Shown: positions 26,215 through 38,660 of the stretch, in pieces
Layout: each line of letters begins with the position of its first letter
How positions within the stretch are numbered: the first letter of the stretch is position 1
Assembly: GCF_006345805.1 (NCBI RefSeq)
Contig: NC_043001.1
Location: 248,001-312,000, forward strand
Direction of reading: 5' to 3'
Origin: Octopus sinensis
Lineage: Eukaryota
DNA length: 64,000 nucleotides
Notes under the pieces: generated by a model
Databases searched by the model: none
What the model was told of the DNA's origin: nothing
What the model saw: only the letters and a program-made list of their open reading frames with translations
Translations under genes and position numbers: made by a program

Positions 26215-27149
26215 TCCCAGCCGAGCTGCAGCAATTTTTGTCTGGTTCCCAAAGAAACGTGCAGTTTTGCATTATCATATTAGGAAACAACACCCTTCCT
26301 GTTGGTCAATTCTGGACGTTTCTCTGCAATTGCTGCTTTTAACTCGTCCAGTTGTATGTAGTATTTCTCAGAATTGTCAGGTTACTTGTGAGAAGCTTAT
26401 AGTACATAATTCCTTTCCAATGCCACCAGACACAAAGCAAGAGTTTTTAGAGCGAAGACCCGCTTTTGGGGTGGCTCATGTCGCTTACTCCAGGATCGCT
26501 TTCTCTGAACATTTTGGTAAATAATCCATTTCTCATCACCTGTCACAATTTGCTTTAAAAAAGGTGTGTTTTCATTCCGTTTATAAAGCAAATCACAAAT
26601 GGAAATGCGATCCAAAAGGTTCTTCTCACTCAACTCATGTGGTAGCCAAACATCGTAGCGATTTGTGTACCCAAACTTTACCAGGTACTCATGAATGACA
26701 GATTTTGATAGGTTGAGGCTTTCTGCCAATGCTTGCATTGTGCAATGTAGGTTATTCTCAATTAATGACTTGATTTGGTCATCATCTGTAGTGGATGTTC
26801 TGCCTGATATCTCTTTATCAATAAGGCTACAATCTCCAGCTCGGAACCTTGCAAACCACTTCCGTAGAGTTCTTTCGGATAAAGAAACATCACAGTAAAC
26901 TGTGCATATTTCTTTGGTTGCTTGTGAGGCATTTTTCTCTTTTCGGAAAAAGAAAAGCATCTTCTATTTTAAAGGGTTACAAAATTGACACAGGTTATAG
27001 GAACATAAACCTTTGCACACGAAAAGATAGCTTAAACTGTGCTCTAAATGGACGTGTAGTCAAATCCTATTTTATGGTCTCAATCATGTTCTAAAATAAG
27101 TCGAAAGGTAAGCTACTATAATTCGGCAAGAACTTTCCAGACAACCCAA
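26215..27149 (-). mobile_element. mariner transposon (mellifera-subfamily-like), 3'-truncated
   Basis: ORF 26397-26960 (FFFRKEKNASQA...IVTGDEKW), WLPHEL motif, downstream DNA..H remnant; 5' TIR ttgggttgtctggaaag next to TA at 27150-27151. Confidence 0.85.
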
Positions 27150-27360
27150 TAATATATCTGTTTGTTGTTTACACACCCATCTTTGTCTATCGTATTTTTT
27201 TTTTTTATAAATTCTCACTATATATATGTATACATATATCCCGTCAATGGGGGATCTTAGTACACACAGTATTAAAGCATGATATATATGTAACATATGG
27301 TATATGCTATACCACTTGGTATTATTGTAAACAATAATGTCCTTATATATATATAAGGCC

Positions 27361-28025
27361 ATTGAGGCCAAAACTGAATACATAAACAAGTGCCTGTCCA
27401 ACAGTGATTGCATCATCCATACTCTCAACAGTGCGCCTTTAAATATGGTCTCTGATTATAAATATCTTGGGTCATACATATCATCATCTGGAAAAGACTT
27501 TCTAACTAGAAAGGGTATGGCCTGGTCAGCCTGTAATGACATGCATAAGATCTGGTCATCAAATCTAAGTAGAGACTTCAAACTTGAAATCTTCAAAGCC
27601 ACAGTCGAACCAATTCTACTATATGGCTCAGAAACCTGGACATTATCAAAGTAGCTTGAGAGGCGGTTGGATGGAACCTACACTCGCCTCCTTATGAGAG
27701 CTCAAAATCTCTCGTGGAAGCGCCATCCAACCAAAATGCAAATATATGGGAAACTACCACCTGTGTCATCTCTTGTGAAAGGTAGGAGAGTCCAGTTTGC
27801 TGGACATTGTTGTAGAGCTGAAAAAGAAGTAATTTCTACTCTTCTCCTCTGGAAGCCATCTACTCGCAATACCAGAGGGCGCACACTCTCCTACCCTGAT
27901 GTAATCTCCAGGGATACAGGCATCCAGCAACAGGACCTCCGTAATGCTATGATGGACCGTGAAGTCTGGCGTAACATAGTAAATTCCATTGTCTCGACCA
28001 CGGTCGAACAATGATGATGATGATG
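27361..28025 (+). mobile_element. Young RTE-like LINE, 5'-truncated copy 2
   Basis: About 98% identical by eye to the matching part of copy 1 (~16105-16758); same in-frame TAG at 27652-27654; (TGA)n tail. Confidence 0.9.
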
Positions 28026-28562
28026 CAAATATAGTATTGATGTATCCCATTTATGTTCAGTATAAATTAAATAAATAAAGAATTTTGACATGTACGAATA
28101 TTTATTTCCCCCCACTTTATATATGTTGGAAAAAAAGAAGCAGTCAGAACTGTAGATAATTCTTTATTAACGCTTTCGTTCGTTTATTGAACTCGTCAAG
28201 GAACAATAAAAATGATTTTAGTTCGATATGTTTGATGAACGAACAAAGATATTCCAAAATTCTGTTATTCCGTTTTTCTCAATATACAATATCTGCACAC
28301 CACTTCAAACACTCTATACACACACACATACAAATATCACCCAGGCATGGCCTGAACAGACAAGAATGCAGTTTCATGATGAAGACCAGTGTTCCATCTG
28401 TTATTAATATCTGTGAGTGAAATAGAGTAGACAAAAAAGTTCGTTTGACGGACTGTACCTGTCATTAAAAATGACAAGCCTTTTAACACAGTCTCTGATT
28501 CGCTCCGAGAGGAATGGCATTTTTTTAAACCTACATAAATGTAATACAATGAAAATACTTAC

Positions 28563-28712
28563 ATTTCAACAGTCGTGAATCTTGCTCAAGCTTTAATCTT
28601 TCAATGTTCCATTGCTTAAATCGGTTCTTATTTTTGCGTGTTGACGAAGGCTTTGGTAAAGGTAACCCAATATTTATATCGGGGTTTAATACAGGATCTT
28701 TTTTGTTAATCT
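28563..28712 (-). CDS. MRPL38: mRpL38 coding exon 2
   Basis: Acceptor ttttgtcag|, donor t|gtaagt. (E)INKKDPVLNPDINIGLPLPKPSSTRK...EQDSRLLK resembles the mL38 IDIGLP segment. Confidence 0.85.
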
Positions 28713-29021
28713 CTGACAAAAGCAGAATTGAAGAGAAAAGAAACCGTAAGCAGCTTCAGAGATAAATATCTGCTCAAAAGAAATAATCATTAAGTGACAC
28801 AGCAGTCTCGATTACTGCTCCATTTATAAAGATAATAAGGAATTGTAGAAATCGTAATTGCAATAGATCAAATATAAATACTGTATTCTTTATTCTTAAG
28901 TGTTATGATTAAGAATAATAAATTATTGAGAGAAATGAAAAATAACCTTTGTTGACATTGTTGATTGAAAACATAATAAAGTACTTCTGTAATGTAAGTT
29001 CGAGTGAAGTTTTCTATTTAC

Positions 29022-29154
29022 CTTTCATGCGATCTTCAAATGTCAATATTGGTTGTATTGGTCTTGTATATAAAGACGATATTCTGGTCGCAATCGGTGA
29101 AATACGACCAAATAAACGAAGTTTCCCAAAATTCTTCCTCAATGTCGCGGCCAT
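29022..29154 (-). CDS. MRPL38: mRpL38 coding exon 1 (mitochondrial targeting peptide-like)
   Basis: ATG at 29154 (gacgATGG) gives MAATLRKNFGKLRLFGRISPIATRISSLYTRPIQPILTFEDRMK, R/K/S/L-rich. Donor G|gtaaat is phase 1 and joins exon 2 in frame. Confidence 0.75.
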
Positions 29155-31889
29155 CGTCACTGACACAAGAACAGATAACTCCTCCTGGCTTAAAATTATT
29201 TTAACTTCTTTCATCAGAAATCTCCATAAGGGAGATAACGTGAGTGCGAATCCTTCCTTGGGGGCCGACTACTTTGTAGGAAATGTAATGGTTTAGTTAA
29301 AAAGGGGAAGCAGCATTTATGATGTTTTTGCCATTTGCCCGAGTTTAGTGCGGAAAAGGAGAAAGAAACAACATCAGGAGACTGGACTGCTAAATGTATT
29401 AAATAGATAATAGCTGGTGGTGTTAAATAGGACGGACGAGAGGGTTTGTAAATTATGCCTACAATTTGCTACTAATAACAGCCGAAACTCTATAGTGTTT
29501 TATAAAAAGAAGTAAGCATGAATAGATAGTCCGAAAAAACACGGGATGGTCATAACTGGAACGTCTTATAGTAGTTTGGTCTGGAACTAAACATCTCACA
29601 CGTCACAACCGTGTCAACTGGTATTTCGTTATAAAATGTTTTAAATCATTTCTGATTGCACTCATTGTTTCGTAGAGAAAAGAATGGTGGCTGTTTAATG
29701 GACACATACGACCTATAACATTCTTGATGTCTTGATCTTAAGCATAATAAATAATTGGGCAGTGCTTTTAGCTTTTTCTTTCTTGATAGTATTTTATGAT
29801 GTGCCAAAAAACGTTTCAGCACACCATAAAGATCTGGTCACTGACATAATAACAATTCAGTTCCCAGATAATCGAAATGAGACGAACATTTCTGACACAA
29901 CCATAGTCCAATTCTAATGTTTTTAATGCAACCAAAAGGCCACCTTTTTGAGCATCTCACAACTAACTAGTGAGAACTTTGGAGAAAACAAGGTTCTACT
30001 TTATACACTAGTATAGCTATAGTGTATGCCGCCCGGGCCAGCCCTTCTGTTTGCTACCCCCAGACCCTACAAAAAACATATTGCCAACAGCAGACCCAAA
30101 AATGCTGCCCCTACTGCCCCTTAGCTACGCCAGTGACTTTATAGAAGGAAGCTTTTGACCGTATCCCACATATAACTATCCTAACTAAATAGTTAAGTAG
30201 TAAGTTTCATTGACTAGATTTTCTCCAAACCCTTCTGGTGTACTTCGTTATTTGATTATGCCTCTCCCAGGCTGTCCCATGCACTTTAGTGACTTTTTCA
30301 AACTTCAACGTTTTCTACATCAACCTTAAGGCCAGACCAGCACTTTCTCAATAAACAGACACCTTGACAGTACTTGCTTATCATGACAAGATACTCAGTA
30401 TCCTACAACAGTACAAATATATTATCACCATCACTATACATATCAAAGAACTATTATTGTACCTAACCTCTTATTATTGAAAGTTACAGGTGAGCCTGAA
30501 TAAATGGAGTTATAAAAGTGAAAGTGCAGTCAAACCTTAGAGGTACATACAGATGACTCTGACAGCATGTCTGTCAGAAGACTGGTTTCTTGGCTGCTAC
30601 CTGACTCTGGGTTAAAGGACTTATTGATTATAAAGAACAGAATATTTTCACGTCAATCACATGAAGTCATTCTTATCTATTATTAATTCAGCTACGAGCT
30701 CCATTTAATTCTGACAACCCTGACAAGCATCAGTATACTTATGTAAATATTGTGATGAACACATGTATAACTAAGTTGGCCTGAAAAGTTTTCGCTAAAT
30801 CATCAGACAAAATGGATTTTATTTGGTGCCATTCTGGAGACTCAGTGTGGATTTGGAGCTTTTAATGATTTTCTCAGCCTGCCAGCTAATGAAGAAGTTT
30901 GTTGAGCAACGAATGCTGTTGTAATAAGTATCTGTGGACCTTACTAAGGCCTTTGAAACTATAAATTACAGATTATTGTGGTTCTTATTTGTAAACCAAC
31001 ACTAAACTGTACCTCCTAAACCTTGGCCCTAACTGTAACCTTAATCCACTAATATGTAACCCCACCACTAATATGATTTCAGTTAGTTAGCTATTGGAAC
31101 ATATATATATGACAAATTGTGGAATTCCATAATTTCAAGAATGAAGCAATCTGATTGTTAAGAGTTCAAACAAATAATAATTTTTAAAGATTTGTAACTT
31201 TATTAATGATTTTCTCAGCTTTCCAGCTAATGGAGAAGTGCATTGAGCAATGGGTGCTGCTGTATTAAGTATGTATCGAGATTACTAGGGCCTTTGAAAG
31301 AGTAAATTACAAGACTCCAAATTTGGTGTGCAAATGTGCTTTAGAACTTTTGGCAAAGTCTTTGACTCTTTGACCTAAGATATTTAGACACCAAGTCTAA
31401 AACATTTGGCCCCTTTGTCAGAAAGTTTCTTTATGCTGATGATGCAACAAGCAAGAACTTATAGTAAAATGTGAGAAAATTTGATTTTGAATCCTAGCTT
31501 TGGAAATTGGTAGCTATCTACTACATATTTAATGAAAGAAAATGAAATGAAATGCTGAAAACTTTCAATACTAATTCTAGATCCTACCTCTAAAATTAAC
31601 CTTAAATCCTAACACTAAACCCTAAATTCTAACCCTAAAATGTAATTGTAAACCAACACTAACCTATACCACCTAAACCCTAACCCTAACTGTAACCTTA
31701 ATCCTTAGCCTAACCCTAAAACCCTACCAGTAAAATGATTTCAGTTACTTTGCTATGGAAACATATACATATGACAAATCCATAATGTCCATCATTTCAA
31801 GAATGAACACATCTAATTGTGAAAGGTTAAGACAAATATCAATTTTTAAAGATTTGTAAGTTATTTTTATGATAAGTCTCTCCAAATAG

Positions 31890-32255
31890 GCACAGATGTG
31901 GCAATGTTGTTGGAAGTTTGTTTCCCAACCACATGGTTCTGTATTCAGTCCCACAGTGTGGTACATTGTGTGTCTTCTACTATAGCCTGGGGCCATCCAA
32001 GGCTATAGATTTGTTAGATGGAAACTGAAAGAAACCCATATGTGTGTGTGTGTGCATGTGCATTTGTCTCCCATCACCACTTGACAACCAATGCTGGTTT
32101 GTTAATGCCCCTGTAACTTAGCAGTTTGGCAAAGGAGATCAAGAGAAAAAGTACCTGGCTTAAAAAAAACGTTATGGGATTCATTCATTTGTCTAAAAAT
32201 CTTCAAGGCAGTGCCAGAGCATGGCTGTAGTCCAATGACTGAAACAAGTAAGAGT
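31890..32255 (+). mobile_element. tRNA-derived CORE-type SINE
   Basis: Head, gtgtcttctactatagcc core, (GT)n, and ...gcatggctgtagtccaatgactgaaac tail. Confidence 0.7.
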
Positions 32256-32410
32256 TAAAAGATGAATAATGGTTGCAGTTTCCATAATTGGTACACAAAA
32301 ATATGTCTCTACAGAAATTTTCAAATGTGGGTCATGTTGAAAGGCTCTTTTTGCTTTGAGAATCAACTTGTAATTATAGAGATGTAGGATAGGATTCATG
32401 ACAGATGAAG

Positions 32411-32660
32411 TGTAGACAGATACTTTGCTGCAGGCTAGCTAGGAAGTTGGTCAGCAGGAAAGAAAAGGACTTCTGGGCAGAAAAGGATAATGGAAGAATG
32501 TCAGCAGCGTGTGTAAAACGAATCTGTGGGAACTATACAGAAATAACTGACGACTTAAGCCCTATTGTACCTAAAGTAATAAACCTTTAGTAAATGCACA
32601 CTCGTCTGCACTTGTTTGTTTACGTATAGCTTAACAAAGCTATAACTGGTGACCCCGACG
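32411..32660 (+). mobile_element. Orphan LTR with tRNA-Trp primer-binding site
   Basis: Starts TGTAGAC and contains AATAAA; followed by TGGTGACCCCGACG (32647-32660), complementary to the tRNA-Trp 3' end. Confidence 0.5.
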
Positions 32661-32719
32661 ATCAAACAACATCTCCCGCTACCAAACAAACATGGCTGGC
32701 AACAAAACACCACTGTTTT

Positions 32720-32910
32720 GTTTCGGCTGATATACCCTCTAGCCAACATCAGGTGTCTTTGGGAAATTTTGAACCTGGGTTCTCATTCCTAAGGTATTTT
32801 TCGATGTTGTTGTTGTTATTATTATTATTATCATTCAGGTCACTGCCTGGAATCGAACTCAGAATCTTGTGGTTAGTAACCCCTGCTCTTAACCACTATG
32901 CCATGTGCCC
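32720..32910 (-). mobile_element. HHR-tailed tRNA-SINE-like element, copy B
   Basis: A-box TGGCATAGTGG, B-box GAGTTCGATTCC, (AAT)(AAC) linker, tail with decayed HHR truncated after GAAAC. Confidence 0.75.
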
Positions 32911-32912
32911 GT

Positions 32913-33045
32913 GGGAATGAGAACCCAGGTTAGAAAATTCCCCAAGACACCTGATGACAGCTGGAGGGTATATCAGCCAAAACATTGTGTTAAAAACAAA
33001 CATGATGAGGACAATTATCCGTCAAATGTAAATAATGTAAAGGTT
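32913..33045 (+). mobile_element. HHR-tailed SINE tail, copy C (inverted against the head of copy B)
   Basis: gaatgagaacccagg...gacacCTGATGAcagctggagggtatatcagccAAAAcattgtgtt... Confidence 0.7.
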
Positions 33046-33364
33046 TATAAGTATTAACTTATGTCAAAGTTATTTTAATAACAATCGATTAATACGAGGT
33101 ATGCACTGTATACAACAATTTATTCGATATATATAATATTGAAATACCTTCTGAGAGTCGTATTGTCGCCAATCCTCGTCATCTCAGGCCATTCATCATG
33201 AGTGGTACTAACCACAGTCTCTGTGATACTAGCTGACGTACAGCTTCTGTTGATCATCCAGATAACGCTACATGGAACAGTGACCATCTTAACGGTCATT
33301 ATCATTCCAGCTAGAGTCGGATAATGTTTTCTGTTACTCGTATCCACTTTCTGCACCATGGGTG

Positions 33365-33949
33365 TGTAAGAATTAGCACTTCCTTCTCAAAGCTTGGATT
33401 CGAAATCAGACCCAAGAATCATTGGTCGTAAAATACCAATGCACAAAAAGGCGCGAAATCAGAATCTCTTTGTTCTGACAAAAAATGATGGATCGTCTCC
33501 CTTCGACCTCTGACCCGAGCAGGTCAGGCGAAGTTTAACAGGACGACCAGCGACCTACTGTACGCAATAACACTCTTGCGGTATATCTATTTTTCTGGCT
33601 ATTTGAGATGTTATAAATAGAACGGAGAAATAGGTAACCAGAGAGAACCCGAAGCAACGTTTAAGAGAACGTCACGCATTTATGAGGACGACGAAAGAAT
33701 ATTCAGAAAGGTGACTCTGTACTGCATGATTTACACACACACACACACACACACCATCAAACATATTCTGCTTTAATGTGTATCCTGTATTATGCATTCC
33801 TTTAAAATGTATTATTTGCAACCACTATTTAATATGCATTTTGTACAAGCGATGTGTAACATTGCTTACAAATTGATGTAGTGATAATAAATCTTTAATT
33901 TATTACAAAGCACTTATGTATTTATTAATACATCCACGCATCCACTACA
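33365..33949 (+). repeat. 5' LTR
   Basis: TGTAAG...CTACA; TATAAATA at 33612-33619; AATAAA at 33886-33891. Confidence 0.97.
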
Positions 33950-33951
33950 TT

Positions 33952-33962
33952 TGGTGACCCCG
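33952..33962 (+). promoter_or_regulatory. Primer-binding site (tRNA-Trp)
   Basis: TGGTGACCCCG, 2 nt after the LTR end; matches the first 11 nt of the canonical tRNA-Trp PBS. Confidence 0.85.
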
Positions 33963-34067
33963 TAAAACGAATCGCGCCTTCCCTGGAACCAGCTTCATCA
34001 ACCGCGTCGAAGAATTACAGTTTGTACATCACCAGCAACGAAGCAACTGAAAATTCCGACAAAAACA

Positions 34068-34943
34068 ATGAATCTCCCGGAACAAAACCCAGCGGCCAAC
34101 ATCGACATGGCATTCCAAGCGGCGATCTCGTTAAAAATTCCACCATTCTGGACCCACGACCCGACATTGTGGTTTCACCATATAGAGGCACAGTTTGCCT
34201 CTCACAGAATATCGAGCGATGCGGCTCGACTTTCTCACGTTATCAGTTCTCTGTCACCAGAAATAACGAACGTGATACGCGACCTTATCATGGCACCACC
34301 CGGTTCTGTTTCATATGAAGTTTTTAAAACCACGTTAATAAACAGAACCTCAGAATCCCAACAAAAAAGACTTCACCAGCTTCTGATATCGGAAGAATTG
34401 GGTGACAAAACGCCGTCCCAGCTTCTTCGGAGAATGAAACAGCTTCTCGGAGATGAGACGCTCCCAGAAAAAATCTTCAAGCAACTTTTTCTCCAGCGTC
34501 TGCCCTCCAATACCCAGGTTGTTCTCGCGTCCACCAGAGAAAAAACATCCCTTGAAGAACTGGCGGAGCTAGCTGACAAAATAGCCGAAGTACCGCACAG
34601 ATATCCAACGGTATCGACGGTGACGCCAGCCGCTCCCAGTACCAATCCTTTCCGTGCACAAACCAGTTCTTCAGAGATTTCGGATTTGCGTGCATTAATG
34701 ACGCAGCAAGCTGCGCAAATACAAATTCTCACAGCCCAAATACAAGCCCTAAAGTTTAGTCCCCAGCGTCGAAGCACCAGCCGATCTCGACGAGATGGCA
34801 GACGGTCTCGAAGCCCCAGTGCTACCCGAAACTCACATGACACGTGTTGGTACCACCGAACATTCGGAACACGGGCACAAAAATGTACGGTACCGTGCTC
34901 GTTTTCCTCACCCAGTTCGGGAAACGGCACAGCCAGGAATTGA
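34068..34943 (+). CDS. gag: Gypsy Gag (291 aa)
   Basis: LKIPPFW..DPTLWF..IEAQF N-terminus, [13 protein letters not shown], and C-terminal [13 protein letters not shown] knuckle-like motif. Confidence 0.92.
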   Translation: MNLPEQNPAANIDMAFQAAISLKIPPFWTHDPTLWFHHIEAQFASHRISSDAARLSHVISSLSPEITNVIRDLIMAPPGSVSYEVFKTTLINRTSESQQKRLHQLLISEELGDKTPSQLLRRMKQLLGDETLPEKIFKQLFLQRLPSNTQVVLASTREKTSLEELAELADKIAEVPHRYPTVSTVTPAAPSTNPFRAQTSSSEISDLRALMTQQAAQIQILTAQIQALKFSPQRRSTSRSRRDGRRSRSPSATRNSHDTCWYHRTFGTRAQKCTVPCSFSSPSSGNGTARN

Positions 34944-36160
34944 ACGCGACGGAAGTTCCTGGTTCGCACCCACACAGTCGCCTGTTTTTCGTTTGCGATC
35001 GTGTAACAGGCACGCGTTTCCTGGTTGACACAGGTGCGGAAGTCAGCATCATCCCAGTCTCCAACACTTCTGGAAAAAGAAAAGAGACATCAGTCTGTCT
35101 TCAGGCAGTCAACCATTCACCCATTCCAACCTACGGTGAACAGTCCCTAACATTAAACATAGGACTACGCCGCACATTTCAGTGGGTATTCGTCGTCGCT
35201 AAACTGCCGACCCCTATCTTAGGAGCCGATTTCCTGCATCATTTCGGTCTCCTGGTAGACATAAAGAACAGACGACTTGTCGACACCACCACCAAGCTTA
35301 CTGTGCGCGGTATAGCCGCTCGAATGGACACAGTCAGCCCAACTGTAATGCTTACGACAACGACTCGTCACAGTTCCATCCTGAATGATTATCCAGATGT
35401 CGCCCGGCCAGTTTTTCATAACCAGCCGATAAAGCACGACGTTACCCACCACATCAAAACCAGCGGTCCACCTGTTGCTGCAAGGCCCAGAAGGTTACCA
35501 CCTGATCGTCTCCAGGCCGTCAAGCGGGAATTCCAGCACATGCTCGACCTCGGAATTATCCGCGTTTCCAGCAGCAACTGGTCCTCGCCGATACACTGCG
35601 TCCCAAAAAAATCATCGACCGATTGGCGGGTTTGCGGCGATTATCGATCACTGAATAAAAGCACTATCAGTGATGCCTATCCGGTGCCTTTTCTTCAGGA
35701 CTTTTCGAGCTCGCTGCATGGAGCTCGCATCTTTTCAAAAATCGACCTGGTGCGAGCATACAACCAAATCCCAGTCGAACCTGCAGACATCTCAAAGACA
35801 GCAGTGACTACACCTTTCGGAATGTTTGAATTCCTGCGTATGCCTTTCGGTTTACGAAACGCGGCACAGACATTCCAAAGGTTTATCGACATGGTGACTA
35901 GAGGTTTGCCTTTCGTCTATGCCTACATAGACGACATACTCGTGGCCAGTAACTCGGACGAAGAGCATAATCAACACCTTCACCTGCTATTCGAACGTTT
36001 ACGTAAATTCGGAATTGTTATCAACCCTACTAAATGTTTGTTCGGAGTTGCTTCCCTTCATTTTCTCGGCCATATAGTCGATAAAAATGGAATTGTCCCC
36101 TTCCCGAGAAAGTCAAGGCCATCGTGGATTTTCCACCACCCACATCTCTCCGCAAATTAA
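34844..36160 (+). CDS. pol: Gypsy Pol part 1: protease + RT (-1 frame to gag)
   Basis: [10 protein letters not shown] protease, [43 protein letters not shown]. Confidence 0.93.
   Translation: MLVPPNIRNTGTKMYGTVLVFLTQFGKRHSQELNATEVPGSHPHSRLFFVCDRVTGTRFLVDTGAEVSIIPVSNTSGKRKETSVCLQAVNHSPIPTYGEQSLTLNIGLRRTFQWVFVVAKLPTPILGADFLHHFGLLVDIKNRRLVDTTTKLTVRGIAARMDTVSPTVMLTTTTRHSSILNDYPDVARPVFHNQPIKHDVTHHIKTSGPPVAARPRRLPPDRLQAVKREFQHMLDLGIIRVSSSNWSSPIHCVPKKSSTDWRVCGDYRSLNKSTISDAYPVPFLQDFSSSLHGARIFSKIDLVRAYNQIPVEPADISKTAVTTPFGMFEFLRMPFGLRNAAQTFQRFIDMVTRGLPFVYAYIDDILVASNSDEEHNQHLHLLFERLRKFGIVINPTKCLFGVASLHFLGHIVDKNGIVPFPRKSRPSWIFHHPHLSAN
34919..34981 (+). promoter_or_regulatory. Putative -1 ribosomal frameshift signal
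   Basis: G GGA AAC heptamer in the gag frame (34919-34925), 5-nt spacer, stem 34931-34941/34954-34964; loop GCGAC complementary to GTCGC at 34977-34981. Confidence 0.75.
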
Positions 36161-38085
36161 GGGAATATCTCGGTCTAGCGAATTTCTATCGACGGTTCGT
36201 GCCCCACCTCGCTGAAATAGCGCAACCGCTCACGGATTTGCTACGTCAGCGAACCTGCAAAAACGCAGATATAGCTCTGACCGAAGATCAACTCGTTTCT
36301 TTCGCTGCCCTGAAAAAAGCGTTATCTAGCGCTACCATGTTGGTTTATCCAAAACCAGACGCCCCACGATGTTTACTCGTGGATGCATCCGATTCCGGAA
36401 TCGGAGGTGTGCTACAACAGCTTGTTGACGGTATATGGCAACCGTTGTCTTTCTTTTCTAAGCGGTTAAAACCCGCGGAAACCAAATACAGCACATTCAG
36501 TCGGGAATTATTGGCGGCATACCTGGCCGTTAAGCATTTCCGTCATATGCTAGAAGGTACCAATTTTGCCATATATACCGACCACAAGCCATTAGTATAC
36601 GCATTTAACACCAAACCGGATCGCCATTCGCCGAGAGAAATTCGTCACCTCGACTTCATATCGCAGTACACGACGGATATACGCCACATCAAAGGGACGA
36701 CCAACGTGGCAGCCGATGCACTTTCACGTGCGCAGATCAATGCTATCCACACCACGTCTACAATTGATCTGGCACGTATAGCAGCTGACCAGGAGAATGA
36801 CGAAGAACTTCTAAAGCTCCGGAATTCGTCATCTCTGAAATTTCAGCATGTTCCACTACCATCATCCACAGCCCATATATGGTGTGATATTTCCACTGGT
36901 TACCAACGCCCTTATGTACCACAGAAATATCGTCGAGAAGTTTTCTCCGCTCTACATTCTCTGTCACATCCTGGTATTCGCTCCACTCAAAAGCTAATAT
37001 CGACCCGTTTTGTGTGGACCAGTATCAACAAGGATATCAGAGAATGGACCAAGTGCTGTGTTGCGTGCCAAAAAGCGAAAATCCACCGGCACATAAAATC
37101 ACCAATCGGTTCATTTTCGCAGCCCGATGCACGATTTCAGCACGTTCACATTGATATCGTTGGACCCCTGCCACCTTCGCAGAACTATTCATATCTGCTA
37201 ACTTGCGTAGATAGGTTCTCGCGATGGCCCGAAGCCTGGCCCCTATCTGATATATCAGCAAAAACGGTCGCTAAAACGCTGATATCCCAATGGGTTTCGC
37301 GTTTTGGCACACCCGCAACAATTACCACCGACAGAGGACGTCAGTTCGATTCCCACCTTTTCACCGAGCTGACTCGTCTCCTCGGGTGTAAACACACCCG
37401 CACTACAGCTTACCACCCTGCAGCAAATGGCATGGTGGAACGCTTTCACCGCCAACTCAAGGCATCTATAAAAGCAGCTCCAGACAGTTCTCACTGGTTG
37501 GAACATCTCCCTCTCATCCTCCTTGGAATTCGATCCACGATTAAGGAAGAACTGGGATATACTCCGGCCGAACTCGTTTATGGCACAACACTCACCTTAC
37601 CTGGGCAGATGATCGAACCTGTTTCACAAAACTTCCCTGACCCACAACAATATGTGCACCGATTACGAACATCCATGTCGCAAGTATCACCCTCAGGCCC
37701 CAGACAACAGAACGTCGTTTCACGTGTCCCAAAAGATATCAACACATGGACTCATGTCTTCGTGAGGAATGATGGGATACCCTCTCAACTTCGACCACCA
37801 TATTCCGGGCCCTACAAGGTCATCAAAAGAGAACCCAAGTATTTCGTCCTCGATATTGGAGGTAAACGAAATACGGTCTCGATTGATCGTTTAAAAAAAG
37901 CTTTCATCGAGGAGGACTTACATTCAGTCCCCTCTTTTCCTCAAACAGACTCGGCAACTCCAGCGAACACCACAGATGCTGCACAACCCCGACACACCAA
38001 ATCAGGAAGAACAGTTCGATGGCCAGCAAGGTTTGTGCAAGTTTTTCGGGTAAGTTCTGAACTCCTAACGTATCCATCTTCCTAA
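36124..38085 (+). CDS. pol: Gypsy Pol part 2: RNase H + integrase
   Basis: [33 protein letters not shown] zinc finger (H..SHPG..C..C), HIDIVGP, ITTDRG, NGMVER, GPY motif. Confidence 0.93.
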   Translation: MDFPPPTSLRKLREYLGLANFYRRFVPHLAEIAQPLTDLLRQRTCKNADIALTEDQLVSFAALKKALSSATMLVYPKPDAPRCLLVDASDSGIGGVLQQLVDGIWQPLSFFSKRLKPAETKYSTFSRELLAAYLAVKHFRHMLEGTNFAIYTDHKPLVYAFNTKPDRHSPREIRHLDFISQYTTDIRHIKGTTNVAADALSRAQINAIHTTSTIDLARIAADQENDEELLKLRNSSSLKFQHVPLPSSTAHIWCDISTGYQRPYVPQKYRREVFSALHSLSHPGIRSTQKLISTRFVWTSINKDIREWTKCCVACQKAKIHRHIKSPIGSFSQPDARFQHVHIDIVGPLPPSQNYSYLLTCVDRFSRWPEAWPLSDISAKTVAKTLISQWVSRFGTPATITTDRGRQFDSHLFTELTRLLGCKHTRTTAYHPAANGMVERFHRQLKASIKAAPDSSHWLEHLPLILLGIRSTIKEELGYTPAELVYGTTLTLPGQMIEPVSQNFPDPQQYVHRLRTSMSQVSPSGPRQQNVVSRVPKDINTWTHVFVRNDGIPSQLRPPYSGPYKVIKREPKYFVLDIGGKRNTVSIDRLKKAFIEEDLHSVPSFPQTDSATPANTTDAAQPRHTKSGRTVRWPARFVQVFRVSSELLTYPSS

Positions 38086-38647
38086 TGAACACATAACTGC
38101 ATCACCCACCCAGAGAAATCAAAGAACATTTGTGTACGTAAAGAAAAAAAAAATGAAAACAAAAACTGTCTGTATGAACTTTTACGGAACATTTCAAAAT
38201 CGAACTTTGCCGATGAACATTTCTTTCATTTTTGCATGTACATATTTTTTGTTTTCTCTTCAAAATGTTTGCATTCTCATAAATATATTTTTTTGCTAAC
38301 TGCATATCCACACACATTTACAAATCTTGTTCTCATGCGTGCTATCACTCGATTTTTTTTCGCCACTGAAAGATACCTTGTCTCTATTAGACCTCTAGTA
38401 GGTCGAGTAATCAATAGACGCACATCTCTTTCAACGCGCCAACATAATTCTGCCTGGGCACATATACATATTGCCCACCATATAGCACATACAAATTGTA
38501 AACCTTTCATCCATATTTTTATCGTTCAATGTGTAAAAAAAAAAAAATTTTTTTCTACATGCACACAATCAAAAAAAAAAAAAAAATAATAAAAATAATA
38601 ATAATAATACATTTCCAATATCGTTCGATCTCTGTGGCTTTCTCACT

Positions 38648-38657
38648 AGAAGGGGGG
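38648..38657 (+). promoter_or_regulatory. Polypurine tract
   Basis: AGAAGGGGGG, 3 nt upstream of the 3' LTR. Confidence 0.85.
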
Positions 38658-38660
38658 TAG

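Noticed and set aside
29732-29917. Divergent gene next to the mRpL38 promoter
   Set aside because: Short TTG-initiated ORF without homology or convincing splice signals.
34373-34975. 200-aa antisense ORF over gag
   Set aside because: Most likely a shadow of gag codon usage; no recognisable motif or independent signals.
38086-38647. Possible env or extra ORF in the Gypsy 3' region
   Set aside because: Only short low-complexity ORFs; A/T-rich UTR with no signal peptide or fusion-protein features.
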